From positions 1 through 46,568 of IMG/VR virus record IMGVR_UViG_3300010362_000032: a stretch of DNA of 46,568 nucleotides, one strand, 5' to 3'. Below are positions 1 to 9,803 of the stretch, one piece after another. This stretch comes from a virus (taxonomy: Duplodnaviria; Caudoviricetes). The stretch's first letter is position 1. Each line of letters opens with the position of its first letter. The notes under the pieces are model-generated. The model worked only from the letters and a program-made list of their open reading frames with translations. It made no database searches and was not told the origin of the DNA. The position numbers and the translations under genes were made by a program.

Positions 1-57
1 GTCCGCCTTGGTCGAGGTCTTCCACTATTGCATCCGTGTTTGTTTTTGCTCTATCGA

Positions 58-567
58 TTAGGCCTTAAGTTTAGCCCTCTGTTTGATAAACGCTGTTTCT
101 TGTTTTTGTAGCCGATTGAAGTCCTCAACGCTAACAGCGCCCAACGACATACTAGGCGGCGATTGCTTAGTTTGTTGAGTCAATAATTGCGCCATCTGCC
201 GCTCAAAATCGCTTAGAACGCTTTGGGAGTAGTTCATATCTAGCGATTCGATCGGGTGCTTCCAAACCCCACTTTTGACATAGCTATCAGTAATCTCCTG
301 TGCCTCCTCGTCGATCGGCGCCATATCGGGAGTAGGTGGCCCAGTGAATACATGGTCACGAGGATAAGACCGATCAAATTTGTTACTAACAACCACCCTC
401 TCGTTGACCCTATCGTTCCAATCAGCTTGCTCATTTGGGTTGAGATAAAGTGGGACCTCAAAGACCTTCCTAACCTGCCGTTGGGTTTCACGGTCAGTCT
501 CCTTGTATTCCCATTCTGTCCCAGGCACAGAAAGATAGTGCGGTTGAGTTAGATACCATCTAGCCAT
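58..567 (-). CDS. Hypothetical late-operon phage protein (3' end possibly affected by poor contig-end sequence)
   Basis: 169 aa ORF, AGGAG SD upstream, coiled-coil-like C-terminus. Confidence 0.75.
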   Translation of the reverse strand: MARWYLTQPHYLSVPGTEWEYKETDRETQRQVRKVFEVPLYLNPNEQADWNDRVNERVVVSNKFDRSYPRDHVFTGPPTPDMAPIDEEAQEITDSYVKSGVWKHPIESLDMNYSQSVLSDFERQMAQLLTQQTKQSPPSMSLGAVSVEDFNRLQKQETAFIKQRAKLKA

Positions 568-717
568 CTTTCGACTCCTCTCCTACTCGCCAAACTACAT
601 GCCTAAGATGATGTGACAACGAATGCCATAACTCCTCATTGCCACGGTTACGTTCTAGCTCCTCGAAATCCTCGAGGGCATGAACGGCATGCCTACGCAT
701 ATGTCGCAGGTTCTCGG

Positions 718-963
718 TCATGCATCTATCGAGTTAGCACCAGTGATAGTGCACGGCCTTGGCGCAGCTGAATGAACGCTGGCGTTCTTGATCGTCGTGG
801 CGCCAGCGTCGAGACAATCAAGCATAGGCGAGTAGTTTGCTGACGTGATAACCCAAACCACGTCACCAGCTTGAGCTACGCCTTGTGAGTCAGCGTAAGC
901 TTGGCCTGCTTTGTAGCGCTTACCACCTACAACGAAAGCGCCAAGACCTCTAAACCTTGCCAT
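718..963 (-). CDS. Hypothetical head-region protein
   Basis: 81 aa ORF with AGGAGG SD (969-974). Confidence 0.75.
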   Translation of the reverse strand: MARFRGLGAFVVGGKRYKAGQAYADSQGVAQAGDVVWVITSANYSPMLDCLDAGATTIKNASVHSAAPRPCTITGANSIDA

Positions 964-972
964 GTATTCCTC

Positions 973-1404
973 CTATTGGAAGTATTGAACTGCTGCTGCC
1001 ATCGGTCCAGTACCAGTGATGACGTAGCATAGCGCTGCACCACTTGCAGCAGAGAAGAAGGCTCGACCAGGAGCGAACGACAAGTTCCCATTGATACCTA
1101 GCGAGAACACAGGCGTTATCGCTACCTGACCAGTGTTGCAGTTAGTGCCTGTGCCAGATACTATTTGGATAGTAGCTGCCGCTGCACCTGCGTTGAAGGT
1201 ATAGCCACACACACTGATCGATTGACCAGAGATGCCAGCTACAACCTGTGTCATAGAAGTGGCGCCAGCGGAGACGATGAACTGCTTATTGCAGATAACC
1301 TCCGTGGCGCCAGTTTGTTGGGCTGGTGCTAACTTCGGGGAAAGCACCAGCCCCGCCAGCGCAAGACCGGCTACGCTGAGGAGGCTCAAAGTGATCTTGC
1401 GCAT
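973..1404 (-). CDS. Beta-rich hypothetical protein with signal-peptide-like N-terminus
   Basis: Start reassigned to MRKITLSLL.. (ATG 1404, AGGAGA SD); basic-hydrophobic-APA|QQ leader; 143 aa. Confidence 0.75.
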   Translation of the reverse strand: MRKITLSLLSVAGLALAGLVLSPKLAPAQQTGATEVICNKQFIVSAGATSMTQVVAGISGQSISVCGYTFNAGAAAATIQIVSGTGTNCNTGQVAITPVFSLGINGNLSFAPGRAFFSAASGAALCYVITGTGPMAAAVQYFQ

Positions 1405-1414
1405 GACGTTTCTC

Positions 1415-1936
1415 CTAGTTCGCCACTGTAACGCCAGCGGGATACCCGCCAAGGACGTTGTTAGCGGATGCGTTGTACATCTGGTCGTGACGGTCAAGGA
1501 CTATGAACGCCTTGAGCGTTCCGCCTGTGCCGGTTCCGGCAATGACGAAGTTCAGCCGGACGAACCTAGGGACAGGAACTCCGGCTGGAGGCCGAGGGAA
1601 GTCCATGTCGTACAGCCGAGCGCCTGCGGTAAGGCTGGCCAACAGAGTAGCTGGACCAGTCCACCAAGTAGTAAAGGCACCGGGGTTGCCGGTACCGTCG
1701 TCTTGAGCGCCCTGAAGGGCTACCTGAAGGCTGGTCAGGCCTGTGAAAGCTGTGGTTACTTGAACCAACAGCTTAAGGGCCGGATCGTCGCCGATGCCCA
1801 TATCTCTGGCGCCTTGGCCTGAGGCAAGGACTGGGATGCCAGCCATGTGGAAGTCGATGACGTTAGTCGATACAGCTGTAGCCGTTGGGCTATCGCCTGC
1901 GGCAGCTGTGAATTGGAGTAGACCGTCGAGGATCAT
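1415..1936 (-). CDS. Capsid cement/decoration protein (Bbp16-like)
   Basis: MILDGLLQF..TATAVSTNVID..DMGIG pattern, directly after the capsid gene. Confidence 0.8.
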   Translation of the reverse strand: MILDGLLQFTAAAGDSPTATAVSTNVIDFHMAGIPVLASGQGARDMGIGDDPALKLLVQVTTAFTGLTSLQVALQGAQDDGTGNPGAFTTWWTGPATLLASLTAGARLYDMDFPRPPAGVPVPRFVRLNFVIAGTGTGGTLKAFIVLDRHDQMYNASANNVLGGYPAGVTVAN

Positions 1937-1937
1937 G

Positions 1938-2981
1938 TTACACCACCTGTGCTTCGTTGTTGAGGATCGCATCGCAGGTCCTAACCGGGATGCTCCTAAA
2001 CGTGGTTACCGGCTTACCGTCGAACTCCTCGATCCTGAGCAAGACGTTGGTCTTGTTCATCGCTTGGAGATCGAGATAGGTCCTAATAACGCGGTTACAG
2101 TAGATAACCGTACGTCCCATGTTGGCACGTACCTCCGGAGTATCCGACGTTTGGATAGTGGTAGCTCCAGCCGGTGCCGTAGGTAGTCGGTATAGTCCAC
2201 GTACGAGAAGATTGATAAGGTTGGCTGCATTGACACCAGAGAGCTGGGTAATGTCAACGTTTGCGACACGGACGGCGTAACGCCAGTCTCTTGCGACAAG
2301 GCCTATCTCCCATTTGAAGTGGTCTCGGTAGGCTTGGTAAGTATTTCCAGCACCATCTTGTACTGGCCATTCTCCCATGTCCCGATGCTGTAGCCCTGTA
2401 ACCTTGCCCTTGGGAAAAGTTGCGTGCCAGGTATCGGGGCCCCACACCACGATCCACAGACTGGTGTTCGTGCTTGCAACTCCACCGCCGTTAAGGACGT
2501 TGACCGCAGTTTGACTATTAGCAACGTTGAGAGTGGAGTATCTTGGGGCAAGTCCAGTGAACCTCTCTGGGTTGATGAACTGGTTCCCGTAGATCAGCGT
2601 GGCGGCGACTTGCTGAGACATTCCCTCCAGAAACGCCTTAACCTCCGAAAGTCGGAAGTCTGCCGTGTTTCCGTTAAGATCAGCAACGTCTTTATCGATA
2701 ACTGCGTACGTTTCGAGGTTCCCGCAGGTATCGACAATTTGAGCAGTCGTTGACTTGGCGTTAGGTACTCCAGTGTTGAGCAAACGCCATGTCGCTTGAG
2801 GGAGGCCAGTGCGGACTGTAGTCTTGTGTCCGGTGGGCAGGTTACCCTCAACGACAAGCATATCATCGAGAATCTCATTCGTCTGCGAGAGAAGTTCGAT
2901 AATGACAGCTACATGGTAGCCATCATCCATACGCTTTGCCCAATCCCCATAGGTTAGGGCTGTTGCACCAATTGTGGCCAT
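1938..2981 (-). CDS. Major capsid protein (BPP-1 Bbp17-like)
   Basis: ELLSQTNEILDDM..EGNLPTGHKTTVRTGLP..WRLLN..LETYA.IDK..ADLNGN..FRLSE closely resembles BPP-1 capsid; AGGAGG SD. Confidence 0.95.
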   Translation of the reverse strand: MATIGATALTYGDWAKRMDDGYHVAVIIELLSQTNEILDDMLVVEGNLPTGHKTTVRTGLPQATWRLLNTGVPNAKSTTAQIVDTCGNLETYAVIDKDVADLNGNTADFRLSEVKAFLEGMSQQVAATLIYGNQFINPERFTGLAPRYSTLNVANSQTAVNVLNGGGVASTNTSLWIVVWGPDTWHATFPKGKVTGLQHRDMGEWPVQDGAGNTYQAYRDHFKWEIGLVARDWRYAVRVANVDITQLSGVNAANLINLLVRGLYRLPTAPAGATTIQTSDTPEVRANMGRTVIYCNRVIRTYLDLQAMNKTNVLLRIEEFDGKPVTTFRSIPVRTCDAILNNEAQVV

Positions 2982-3056
2982 TACGGCCTCCTATCCTAAG
3001 TGTTTCTCCTTTCGCTGATCTGGGCCCATCTCCGTTCATCCTCATCTGAGGCAGGG

Positions 3057-3776
3057 CTATCCAGGTAAGTTAGGATACATAGCCTGCGCTGCGGTAGGCA
3101 TAGTACCCTGGCGGCGTTGAGAGGCTGCGCTTGGACCATTTCCGGATACATGTCCGCCTTCGGTCATATGCTGAGCCATCTCATAGAACATGCGGATAAA
3201 GTGAGGGTTATTACCAGCACCTGTGAAGTCCATCGCTTGGCGGAAGCCTTCAGCAAGATTTGGGTTAGTACGAGCAATTTGATCAATCGCCTTGCTGATC
3301 GTGCTGGTAACCTGATTAAGTCTTGGACCAAGAAAGGGGTCTTTCTTAACTTCTTTGACCCAATCTTCTTGCATTGTTCGCCAAGTGTCGTATGGAGCTT
3401 GCTGAGCATTATTGGTCTTAGCAATGTACATATCGATAAGTTTTTGAGCCTGATCCTGATTCAGGTTAAGCTCCTTGAAAAGCGTATTGGCTTCCTTGGC
3501 ATCATTTGGGTCAAGGATATAGCCTTCTGGAACTTTATAGTCTGTGTAAGCCTCAGGCGCCCCGGTAACTTCTTGTGGCTTCTGGTTCGCTAGTGAGGTC
3601 CCAGAGTCACGGTTAATTAGGCTCTTGGGCTCGGTCTGGTCCGAAGGCTCGATCGTCGTAGAGGTCTGTGCTGTCGTCGCCTCCGGTGTCGTCGTCTGCG
3701 TCTGCGACGCTATCGCTCCGGTCGACGTTCGATCGATTCCGCTGGGATCGGGCGTCGTTGCTGCTGGCTCGGCCAT
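3057..3776 (-). CDS. Capsid scaffolding protein
   Basis: Between portal and MCP; low-complexity N-terminus, APEAY..VPEG, TGAGNNP, C-terminal AAQAMYPNL. Confidence 0.8.
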   Translation of the reverse strand: MAEPAATTPDPSGIDRTSTGAIASQTQTTTPEATTAQTSTTIEPSDQTEPKSLINRDSGTSLANQKPQEVTGAPEAYTDYKVPEGYILDPNDAKEANTLFKELNLNQDQAQKLIDMYIAKTNNAQQAPYDTWRTMQEDWVKEVKKDPFLGPRLNQVTSTISKAIDQIARTNPNLAEGFRQAMDFTGAGNNPHFIRMFYEMAQHMTEGGHVSGNGPSAASQRRQGTMPTAAQAMYPNLPG

Positions 3777-4062
3777 TTGCTTCCCTCATCATTTGAATGT
3801 ACTGATCTGGGCAGGCTCCCATAATATCTGTAAGGAGCCTAATTCCGACTTCACGCTGACCTTCCATGAAAGCCATCCGCAGGCCAACATCTGAGAAGCT
3901 GGTGGAGAAGATATGACATGCTGTGAGAATGTCATGCATCCATCTTCTACCAGGCTCGACAGACATAATTCCGGTGACAATTTCACGTCTCTGCTGGTCT
4001 GCAAGTTTCGCCTGCTTCTCTAGAGCTCTCACATCCCGTCGATTGCCGGCATCGTACGCCAT
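3613..4062 (-). CDS. Bbp19-like head protein
   Basis: GRRWMHDIL..C..F....MAFMEGQREVG motif; acidic tail overlaps scaffold start. Confidence 0.8.
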   Translation of the reverse strand: MAYDAGNRRDVRALEKQAKLADQQRREIVTGIMSVEPGRRWMHDILTACHIFSTSFSDVGLRMAFMEGQREVGIRLLTDIMGACPDQYIQMMREANGRASSNDARSQRNRSNVDRSDSVADADDDTGGDDSTDLYDDRAFGPDRAQEPN

Positions 4063-4198
4063 TGTGGTCCTCATCTACTAAAGCATCAACCACTATGCTG
4101 TGAAGTAGCTGGCTTGCACTAAGGTTATGATGCCCCATAACTCGCTGGTAAGCTTCCCATTCATCGTCTGTTAACCGCGTTGTTATTACATGGCTCAT
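3983..4198 (-). CDS. Small protein, possible ribbon-helix-helix DNA-binding
   Basis: VITTRLTDDEWEAY..LSASQLLHSIV; ATGA-coupled to portal stop. Confidence 0.5.
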   Translation of the reverse strand: MSHVITTRLTDDEWEAYQRVMGHHNLSASQLLHSIVVDALVDEDHNGVRCRQSTGCESSREAGETCRPAET

Positions 4199-5955
4199 GG
4201 CCCGCCACCCCCTGGCCCACCACCAAGCATAGCACCAAGAGCACTCTGTCCACCGCCAACGTCTGTTTCAGATAGCGTTTTAGCACCAGCAGCAAGCTTA
4301 GCCGCACGTTCAGTTGCCATTGCTTGTTCTTGTTGTTGCTGCTGTTGCTGTCTAGCCTGACGAATTTGTTGTAGCTCTCCCGGAGAACGGATCATACGTG
4401 GATGATTGTTCATTAAGCTCGAATAGATTTCAATAGTGGCGTCTAGGTCGAGGTTATCCATTACAGAGGGATCGACCCCAACGAGCCCTCCGGCAAGCTG
4501 GAGGGTACGCTCAATTCCTGAAGTAGCTGCTGCTTGCTGAGCCTGCGACAGCATAGAGACGTATTCGATGTCGATATTCTGTCCAGATATTTCAGGAGGG
4601 GGCTCTGGCAGAATTCCGGACCTAGACATAACTGCAAAGGTTCGCTCGATTGTGGGCGAGAGTAGTTCATATTGGATCCTTTCCAGAACTGGACCCAGCA
4701 TAATGAGAGCTTCGCTGCGTCTAGCATCGATCTCTGTGGCGGACACATTGCTTCTAGTCTGAAACTGAGAGATGACTTGGAAAAGATCGTTATAGAAGGT
4801 CGTCCTGATCCGCTGGCGGATTTCATTAAGGTCCTCCGAGATTGCACCTATATCCGGCCGCCAGTTGCCATAGGCTGGAGTAAAGCCTGCGTTAGCCGAT
4901 TGCATCATTCCGCTAATGTAGGTCGTACCGCCTGGAAGCAGGGATGCGGGTTGGTTCTTAAGCTGGATGTCAGCAACCATCGGAGGGTTAACTGATTTAT
5001 CGATTGCTTGTGCCTTTCTACGCACTTCCTGCTGGAGTTGCTTAATATCGGGGAGTGCATCCATGCCAGGGGATCGACCGTAAGCGTCATTTGAAACAAG
5101 GTCCCAGCGCACAGAAACGTGAGGGGCTTCATAGAAGCCACGCTTGCGTAGGAACCCTGGGGCATAAGAAATACCTCCCTGTGGTGAGGCTGACCCACCC
5201 CATTCCCAATAAACTTCACGATATTTAAAGTGTGGCGGTATGCCAAACTCTTGTGGCTTGTCGTTTGGCTCGATAGCATGGGCTACGATAATCTCTCGCG
5301 TTAGGCCAGCTTTACCTTCATCGTAAAGCATCTTCACTTGTGCTGAGCAATTCTCGTAACCGAACTGGTCCACAACTTGGGCTGAGGTTAACGTGAACTC
5401 GCGGAAGAAGATCAGCGGTCGGAACTTACCATCGTTATCGATGTAGTATTCACCAAAGCATGGATTATAACAGTGGATGACATTTTCAAAATCCTCGTAA
5501 ATCAACATCACGGCTGTACCGAACACAACAAGATCGAAATACACAATCGCTATAGAATTGTAGAAGTTCGATTCTTGGAACACGAGCATCATCAAACGCT
5601 CGCACTCGGCTAACCACAAAGATGCAGGAGAGGTCTCTGTGGAATCGATACGGCCAATCTTTAATTTGAACCACGGTCGGGTCGGAGATGAGATACCTGA
5701 CATCATCCCGCTGGCTAAGTTCCTCGCTGCAAGTGTGCCAGTTGAATCCAGGATGTGTTGATTGATAGGGCTCCCACGAGTCATCTGGTTCGGAGTGATT
5801 AGCCACTTGTACCGCCTAGGTAGTATGAAATCTGCAAGCTCACGAGCATGCACCCACCAGCTGTACCGGTTAACGCGAAGACCAAGCAATCGCTCGTTAA
5901 CGTGGCGATGCAAAGCTAGGTCAACTGAAGGTACAATCCTATTTGCGCCTGCCAC
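4195..5955 (-). CDS. Portal (head-tail connector) protein, Bbp21/T7 gp8 family
   Basis: DSTG..A..LASG...SP.RPWF, YGRSPGMDALPDIKQLQ, SATEI..R..E...LGPVLER. Confidence 0.95.
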   Translation of the reverse strand: MAGANRIVPSVDLALHRHVNERLLGLRVNRYSWWVHARELADFILPRRYKWLITPNQMTRGSPINQHILDSTGTLAARNLASGMMSGISSPTRPWFKLKIGRIDSTETSPASLWLAECERLMMLVFQESNFYNSIAIVYFDLVVFGTAVMLIYEDFENVIHCYNPCFGEYYIDNDGKFRPLIFFREFTLTSAQVVDQFGYENCSAQVKMLYDEGKAGLTREIIVAHAIEPNDKPQEFGIPPHFKYREVYWEWGGSASPQGGISYAPGFLRKRGFYEAPHVSVRWDLVSNDAYGRSPGMDALPDIKQLQQEVRRKAQAIDKSVNPPMVADIQLKNQPASLLPGGTTYISGMMQSANAGFTPAYGNWRPDIGAISEDLNEIRQRIRTTFYNDLFQVISQFQTRSNVSATEIDARRSEALIMLGPVLERIQYELLSPTIERTFAVMSRSGILPEPPPEISGQNIDIEYVSMLSQAQQAAATSGIERTLQLAGGLVGVDPSVMDNLDLDATIEIYSSLMNNHPRMIRSPGELQQIRQARQQQQQQQEQAMATERAAKLAAGAKTLSETDVGGGQSALGAMLGGGPGGGGP

Positions 5956-6169
5956 GGCTGCTATTCCTTGGATGTGGAACGTTTGCTGGCTTGCCTGGGA
6001 GCTTTAAGCTCTTGTTGGGGTTCATTGAGGATGTAGCACCTTTGTCGATCAATCTGCCATGGTCATGCATATCCATTGCAGCCATAAGCAGATGCTCTGG
6101 CGAAGGTTGAACTTGGCCACCAGTCATACTTTCTAACACCGATGGATCAATGTCCGGAACTTTTGGCAT
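5939..6169 (-). CDS. Hypothetical protein
   Basis: 76 aa, TAATG-coupled to upstream gene. Confidence 0.65.
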   Translation of the reverse strand: MPKVPDIDPSVLESMTGGQVQPSPEHLLMAAMDMHDHGRLIDKGATSSMNPNKSLKLPGKPANVPHPRNSSRGRRK

Positions 6170-6543
6170 TATTGTGGTCCTGCATTGTGAGTGTTACCTT
6201 CAGGATCGGTGAACTGATTGTTCTTCTCATCATGGGTCCAGCCGAGCTTGTTTAGAAGCTTCTTGAAAGCTCCCATGGTTATATCGCCCGTTTGAACGCC
6301 TTGGAGATGATCTCTGAGTTGGGATAGGGCATCAGCACCTTGAGTAGCTGCTTGTTCCAAGCCTTTGCTTGCTGTCTGCGGTGCGGCTGGCAATTGCATA
6401 ACACCACCGCCTTGTAAGCCCTTGCCTCGCGTTGGATCGAGGATGCCATAGTTGTCAACATCTGGCATCATTGCAAGCTTTTCCCCACGCTTGCGCATCC
6501 TGCCAGTAGACCAACCTTTTTCTGGATATTGATATTGTACCAT
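6169..6543 (-). CDS. Hypothetical protein
   Basis: 124 aa, coupled at both ends. Confidence 0.65.
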   Translation of the reverse strand: MVQYQYPEKGWSTGRMRKRGEKLAMMPDVDNYGILDPTRGKGLQGGGVMQLPAAPQTASKGLEQAATQGADALSQLRDHLQGVQTGDITMGAFKKLLNKLGWTHDEKNNQFTDPEGNTHNAGPQ

Positions 6544-6833
6544 TATCCTAACACCGATTTCTTAGCTGTCTGACCAGAAACGGCAGCACTACCTAAAATA
6601 CTCGAAGCAGACTTCTGACCTAGGATTTGGCGTTGGCCTGCTGCTGTAGCTGGTGCAAACGGTGGTGGAGGGGCAGGAGGGGCTGGTGTTGCGGGTGGAG
6701 CCGGTGCTGCCGCAGTCTTAGCCGCTTGTGCTGCTCTAGCTGCATCAGTTGCTGCTTGCTCTGCTGCCGCTTCAGCACCACCAGTCCCAGGTGGAGTGAA
6801 GATTCGACCGATGGCTTTGCCCACGTTACCCAT
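6543..6833 (-). CDS. Ala/Pro-rich small virion-associated protein
   Basis: 96 aa ending KKSVLG, typical of the small gene preceding podovirus portals. Confidence 0.7.
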   Translation of the reverse strand: MGNVGKAIGRIFTPPGTGGAEAAAEQAATDAARAAQAAKTAAAPAPPATPAPPAPPPPFAPATAAGQRQILGQKSASSILGSAAVSGQTAKKSVLG

Positions 6834-8362
6834 TATGCTATCTTTCTCTCTTCGAGTTCTGGATCAACCATTTCGCCATAAATATGCTTGGTTGCGAAAG
6901 GGTTATACTCAGACTGGACCAACTGTTTGCCAGGTTCTGGTCTGTAGTGAGCAGCTACTGGCATTGCAAAGGTCAAAGCTAAGGCGTCAGCAAGGTCAGG
7001 CGAATCCAGACCTCGCTTCATCATATCTTCTTTCTTTTCAAGAAGGATTTCGCTCTTAAGGTTATAGGTGTAAGTTGGTCCAATCAGTTGTGCCTTAAGG
7101 TCAGCATCGTTAGGGATACAGCCGGACTTTAGCCAAGAGCGCATACAACCCCACATCTCGGCTCGTTTGTTAGCGTAGCGCTCCCCTTCGTTACCCCAAG
7201 CCCAGCCTACTGACTCGGACTTACTCCCGAACTGGACATCGAATACATGAACATGAAGAGCCCGGCAATTGTCAACAACACCACCGCCAACCCCGCCACC
7301 ATCCACGAATACCCCATCGACACGATGTCTCTGTACAACTTCCGACACCTTACCAGCCACTTCGACAGTGCTGGCTCCCCTGAGACGGATCGGCGGTATC
7401 GAGCGAGCGTCTCTTCCCTTTCGGAACCAGATGACTGTTTCGTTTGATCCGTATCTGGCAACGTCAACTCCTATCACAAGCGAATCGTTGGATTGAGAGG
7501 TAAGCTCTGAGAACGTTGCGGCTTCGACGATTTCGGCTGATATAAATTCCATCTCACCCGTACGGGGGAACACGCCTCGAACACGTATTCTAACGAAGTC
7601 GGAGTCTTCACCGTACGAGTTAATCCAGCTTTGGATTTGGTCCTTATTGGTAAGCGAGACTTCACGACTATCGACCTGCTTCGTCTTCCACTCCTTTGAA
7701 TGCCGTTGACCAGGAAAGCATTCACGGAACCTTCCGGTGTTGCGAGTCGGATTACCGAACACGCACCAGAGGATTTCAGTGTCAGAATCGGTAAGAGCAC
7801 CTTCGGTAGTTTCCCATATAATATCTGGGATAGCCGATGCCTCGTCGAATACGACCAATATGCGGCGTCCCTTGTTATGCAACCCAGCAAACGCTTCAGT
7901 GTTACGCTCAGACCACGGCACCATATCAATCCGCCACGTGCGCTCATGGGCACTATCCTTTGCCATTAAAGCGGTTGCGGTAAGGCTAAAGAAATCCTTC
8001 GCGAGAAACATATGAAACCACTTGCCTAGCTCTGCCCAGGTCTTAGTTTTCAGTTGCGTTTCAGTGTTGGCGGTGACGACACCGCGGGTATCAGGCTTGG
8101 TACTGATGGCCCACAGAATGATCCACGACACTAGGGCGGTCTTGCCTATGCCGTGACCGCTCGCCACCGCCAACTGAATAGCTCGGTTAATGTCAATCAA
8201 ACCGAGCCTTATGTTCTCTAAAATCTCACGTTGCCATGGTTCTGGACCATGAGGAAACCCTGCTAGTCTGGTGTCAGCATCACCCCACGGGAATGCACCC
8301 ATGACGAACGCAAGAGGATTTCTGCTAACAGATGCCAACCATTCTAGCAGGGCAGGGGTCAT
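6833..8362 (-). CDS. terL: Terminase large subunit
   Basis: Walker A SGHGIGKT, Walker B VVFDEAS, GNPTRNTG, nuclease GVDVARYG, SPDLADALALTF. Confidence 0.97.
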   Translation of the reverse strand: MTPALLEWLASVSRNPLAFVMGAFPWGDADTRLAGFPHGPEPWQREILENIRLGLIDINRAIQLAVASGHGIGKTALVSWIILWAISTKPDTRGVVTANTETQLKTKTWAELGKWFHMFLAKDFFSLTATALMAKDSAHERTWRIDMVPWSERNTEAFAGLHNKGRRILVVFDEASAIPDIIWETTEGALTDSDTEILWCVFGNPTRNTGRFRECFPGQRHSKEWKTKQVDSREVSLTNKDQIQSWINSYGEDSDFVRIRVRGVFPRTGEMEFISAEIVEAATFSELTSQSNDSLVIGVDVARYGSNETVIWFRKGRDARSIPPIRLRGASTVEVAGKVSEVVQRHRVDGVFVDGGGVGGGVVDNCRALHVHVFDVQFGSKSESVGWAWGNEGERYANKRAEMWGCMRSWLKSGCIPNDADLKAQLIGPTYTYNLKSEILLEKKEDMMKRGLDSPDLADALALTFAMPVAAHYRPEPGKQLVQSEYNPFATKHIYGEMVDPELEERKIA

Positions 8363-8922
8363 TGTGTTGCCATGCCTATCGGGCTTTTAGGATTAGTCAT
8401 ATCTTCCATCATCTTCTGATGCACATCCTCATACATCTTTTCGGCTCTGTCTCGCCTCTTATCGGATATGAAACTGTCAAGCCCAACCTCTTTAGCTCGC
8501 TTTACAGCTTCTTTGTTAGAAACTTGTTTGCCATCCCATATAGTAGGTAACATGTAATACTTTCCCCCAATATCTACGCCGATAGCTCTAAAGGTTGAAG
8601 TCGAGTCGTCCTTCTGTTTAACGCCGCCTTTCAACAGATTATTATAATGGTGCTGGTATGTATACCGCTGATCACTGGCCCAGTTAGCCATTAATTCTCC
8701 GGGTTCGCGAGTATAAGTTTGGCCTCGTCGATCTTCGATATTGGTTGACTGCGGGAACTTCTCCCAGCGAGAATAATCTTCACCGCCACCCTTAGCCTGA
8801 CCGCCCATCCTTATGATATCCATAGGAGGCAGTTGCTTAGCGCCCCATTGCGCTCTAGAACCGTTATCTTGGCCTAGCCGCATCATCCAATCTTCCTTAG
8901 GATATTCAGGTACCTGGGGCAT
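8359..8922 (-). CDS. Hypothetical protein (possible internal virion protein)
   Basis: 187 aa, coupled at both ends; STNIEDRR and LPTIWDGK motifs. Confidence 0.7.
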   Translation of the reverse strand: MPQVPEYPKEDWMMRLGQDNGSRAQWGAKQLPPMDIIRMGGQAKGGGEDYSRWEKFPQSTNIEDRRGQTYTREPGELMANWASDQRYTYQHHYNNLLKGGVKQKDDSTSTFRAIGVDIGGKYYMLPTIWDGKQVSNKEAVKRAKEVGLDSFISDKRRDRAEKMYEDVHQKMMEDMTNPKSPIGMATQ

Positions 8923-9641
8923 TATCTACCTATGTCTATCTTGGGTGGCGATACACTGGCTTCGAACGCGAATGGGTGGAATGTAGGAGTGAATGGTTCC
9001 TCTTTACGTTTGGGTTCAGTTGAACCTTTTTCTACTTCGGTCTGACCTTCCTCTGATCCTCGACTGCGATGCCACTTACCACGATACTCGCCTGTACCGC
9101 TACCACGAGCTTGGCCTGCGGTACCCTCCATCTTCGCTCCCCAAACGTCTTCGGTGAATTGGCGACTGGTGATATTGTCCACAGAGCCATATTTAGCTTT
9201 AAGGCTGTCTGGCACGTTACCCCAAATTGCTTTTTTGGCCCAAGCTTCGCCTTTAGCCCTGCCTTCGGCGGTAGAGAACATAGACTTCCAAGCAGGTTGA
9301 TCCGGATTAGCCATATGGGCTGCGTAGCCCCCAGCACCTTGTTGATGGATCATATAAAGGTCTTTTAACGTGGGTTCACGACCGTATTTCTGGCTAAATT
9401 GCAATTTCTCGCGAGCCAGCTTGTTAGCCGCAGCCATAGTGTTCTGTTCGGGATCGTATGGATTGTTAGTTCCACCATGAGCTTGAAATTCTTGGTCGCT
9501 TAACTGGAACAGGCCCTTATACCTGCCGGTTCGGTTAGATGAATTAAATCCGGATTCTACACGAGCAATTTTGGTTAGCCAAGCTGGGTCTATACCAACT
9601 CGACGTGCATGTTTCTCGAATAGGTCAGTATAGTCAGGCAC
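8922..9641 (-). CDS. Lytic transglycosylase (SLT-like) domain protein
   Basis: IARVESGFN (catalytic Glu), GLFQL, YDPEQN..AA, LYMIHQQGAGG. Confidence 0.85.
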   Translation of the reverse strand: MPDYTDLFEKHARRVGIDPAWLTKIARVESGFNSSNRTGRYKGLFQLSDQEFQAHGGTNNPYDPEQNTMAAANKLAREKLQFSQKYGREPTLKDLYMIHQQGAGGYAAHMANPDQPAWKSMFSTAEGRAKGEAWAKKAIWGNVPDSLKAKYGSVDNITSRQFTEDVWGAKMEGTAGQARGSGTGEYRGKWHRSRGSEEGQTEVEKGSTEPKRKEEPFTPTFHPFAFEASVSPPKIDIGR

Positions 9642-9802
9642 TAGCCCACCAGCTTAGTAACGCCACCCACGATTAGCGATAGCAGGAAGAACGCAAGCGC
9701 ACCCCAGCCGAAGTGCCACCTGCCACTACTTTCCATGATACAAGCGGCTATCACTGCGAAGACGAAGGCGAACACCAATAACACGAGTCCGAGATGTGCC
9801 AT
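9641..9802 (-). CDS. 53-aa two-TM membrane protein (holin-like), not in ORF track
   Basis: MAHLGLVLLVFAFVFAVIAACIMESSGRWHFGWGALAFFLLSLIVGGVTKLVG; GGAGG SD; stop overlaps next start. Confidence 0.75.
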   Translation of the reverse strand: MAHLGLVLLVFAFVFAVIAACIMESSGRWHFGWGALAFFLLSLIVGGVTKLVG

Positions 9803-9803
9803 G

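Noticed and set aside
1-120. Apparent stop of the first ORF at 58 followed by coding-like sequence (TDAIVEDLDQGG)
   Set aside because: At the contig edge and may be low-quality sequence; not interpretable as a pseudogene or frameshift
3613-3776. 164-nt overlap between the Bbp19-like and scaffold genes as a dual-coding novelty
   Set aside because: Both overlapping segments are low-complexity tails; most simply a run-on C-terminus
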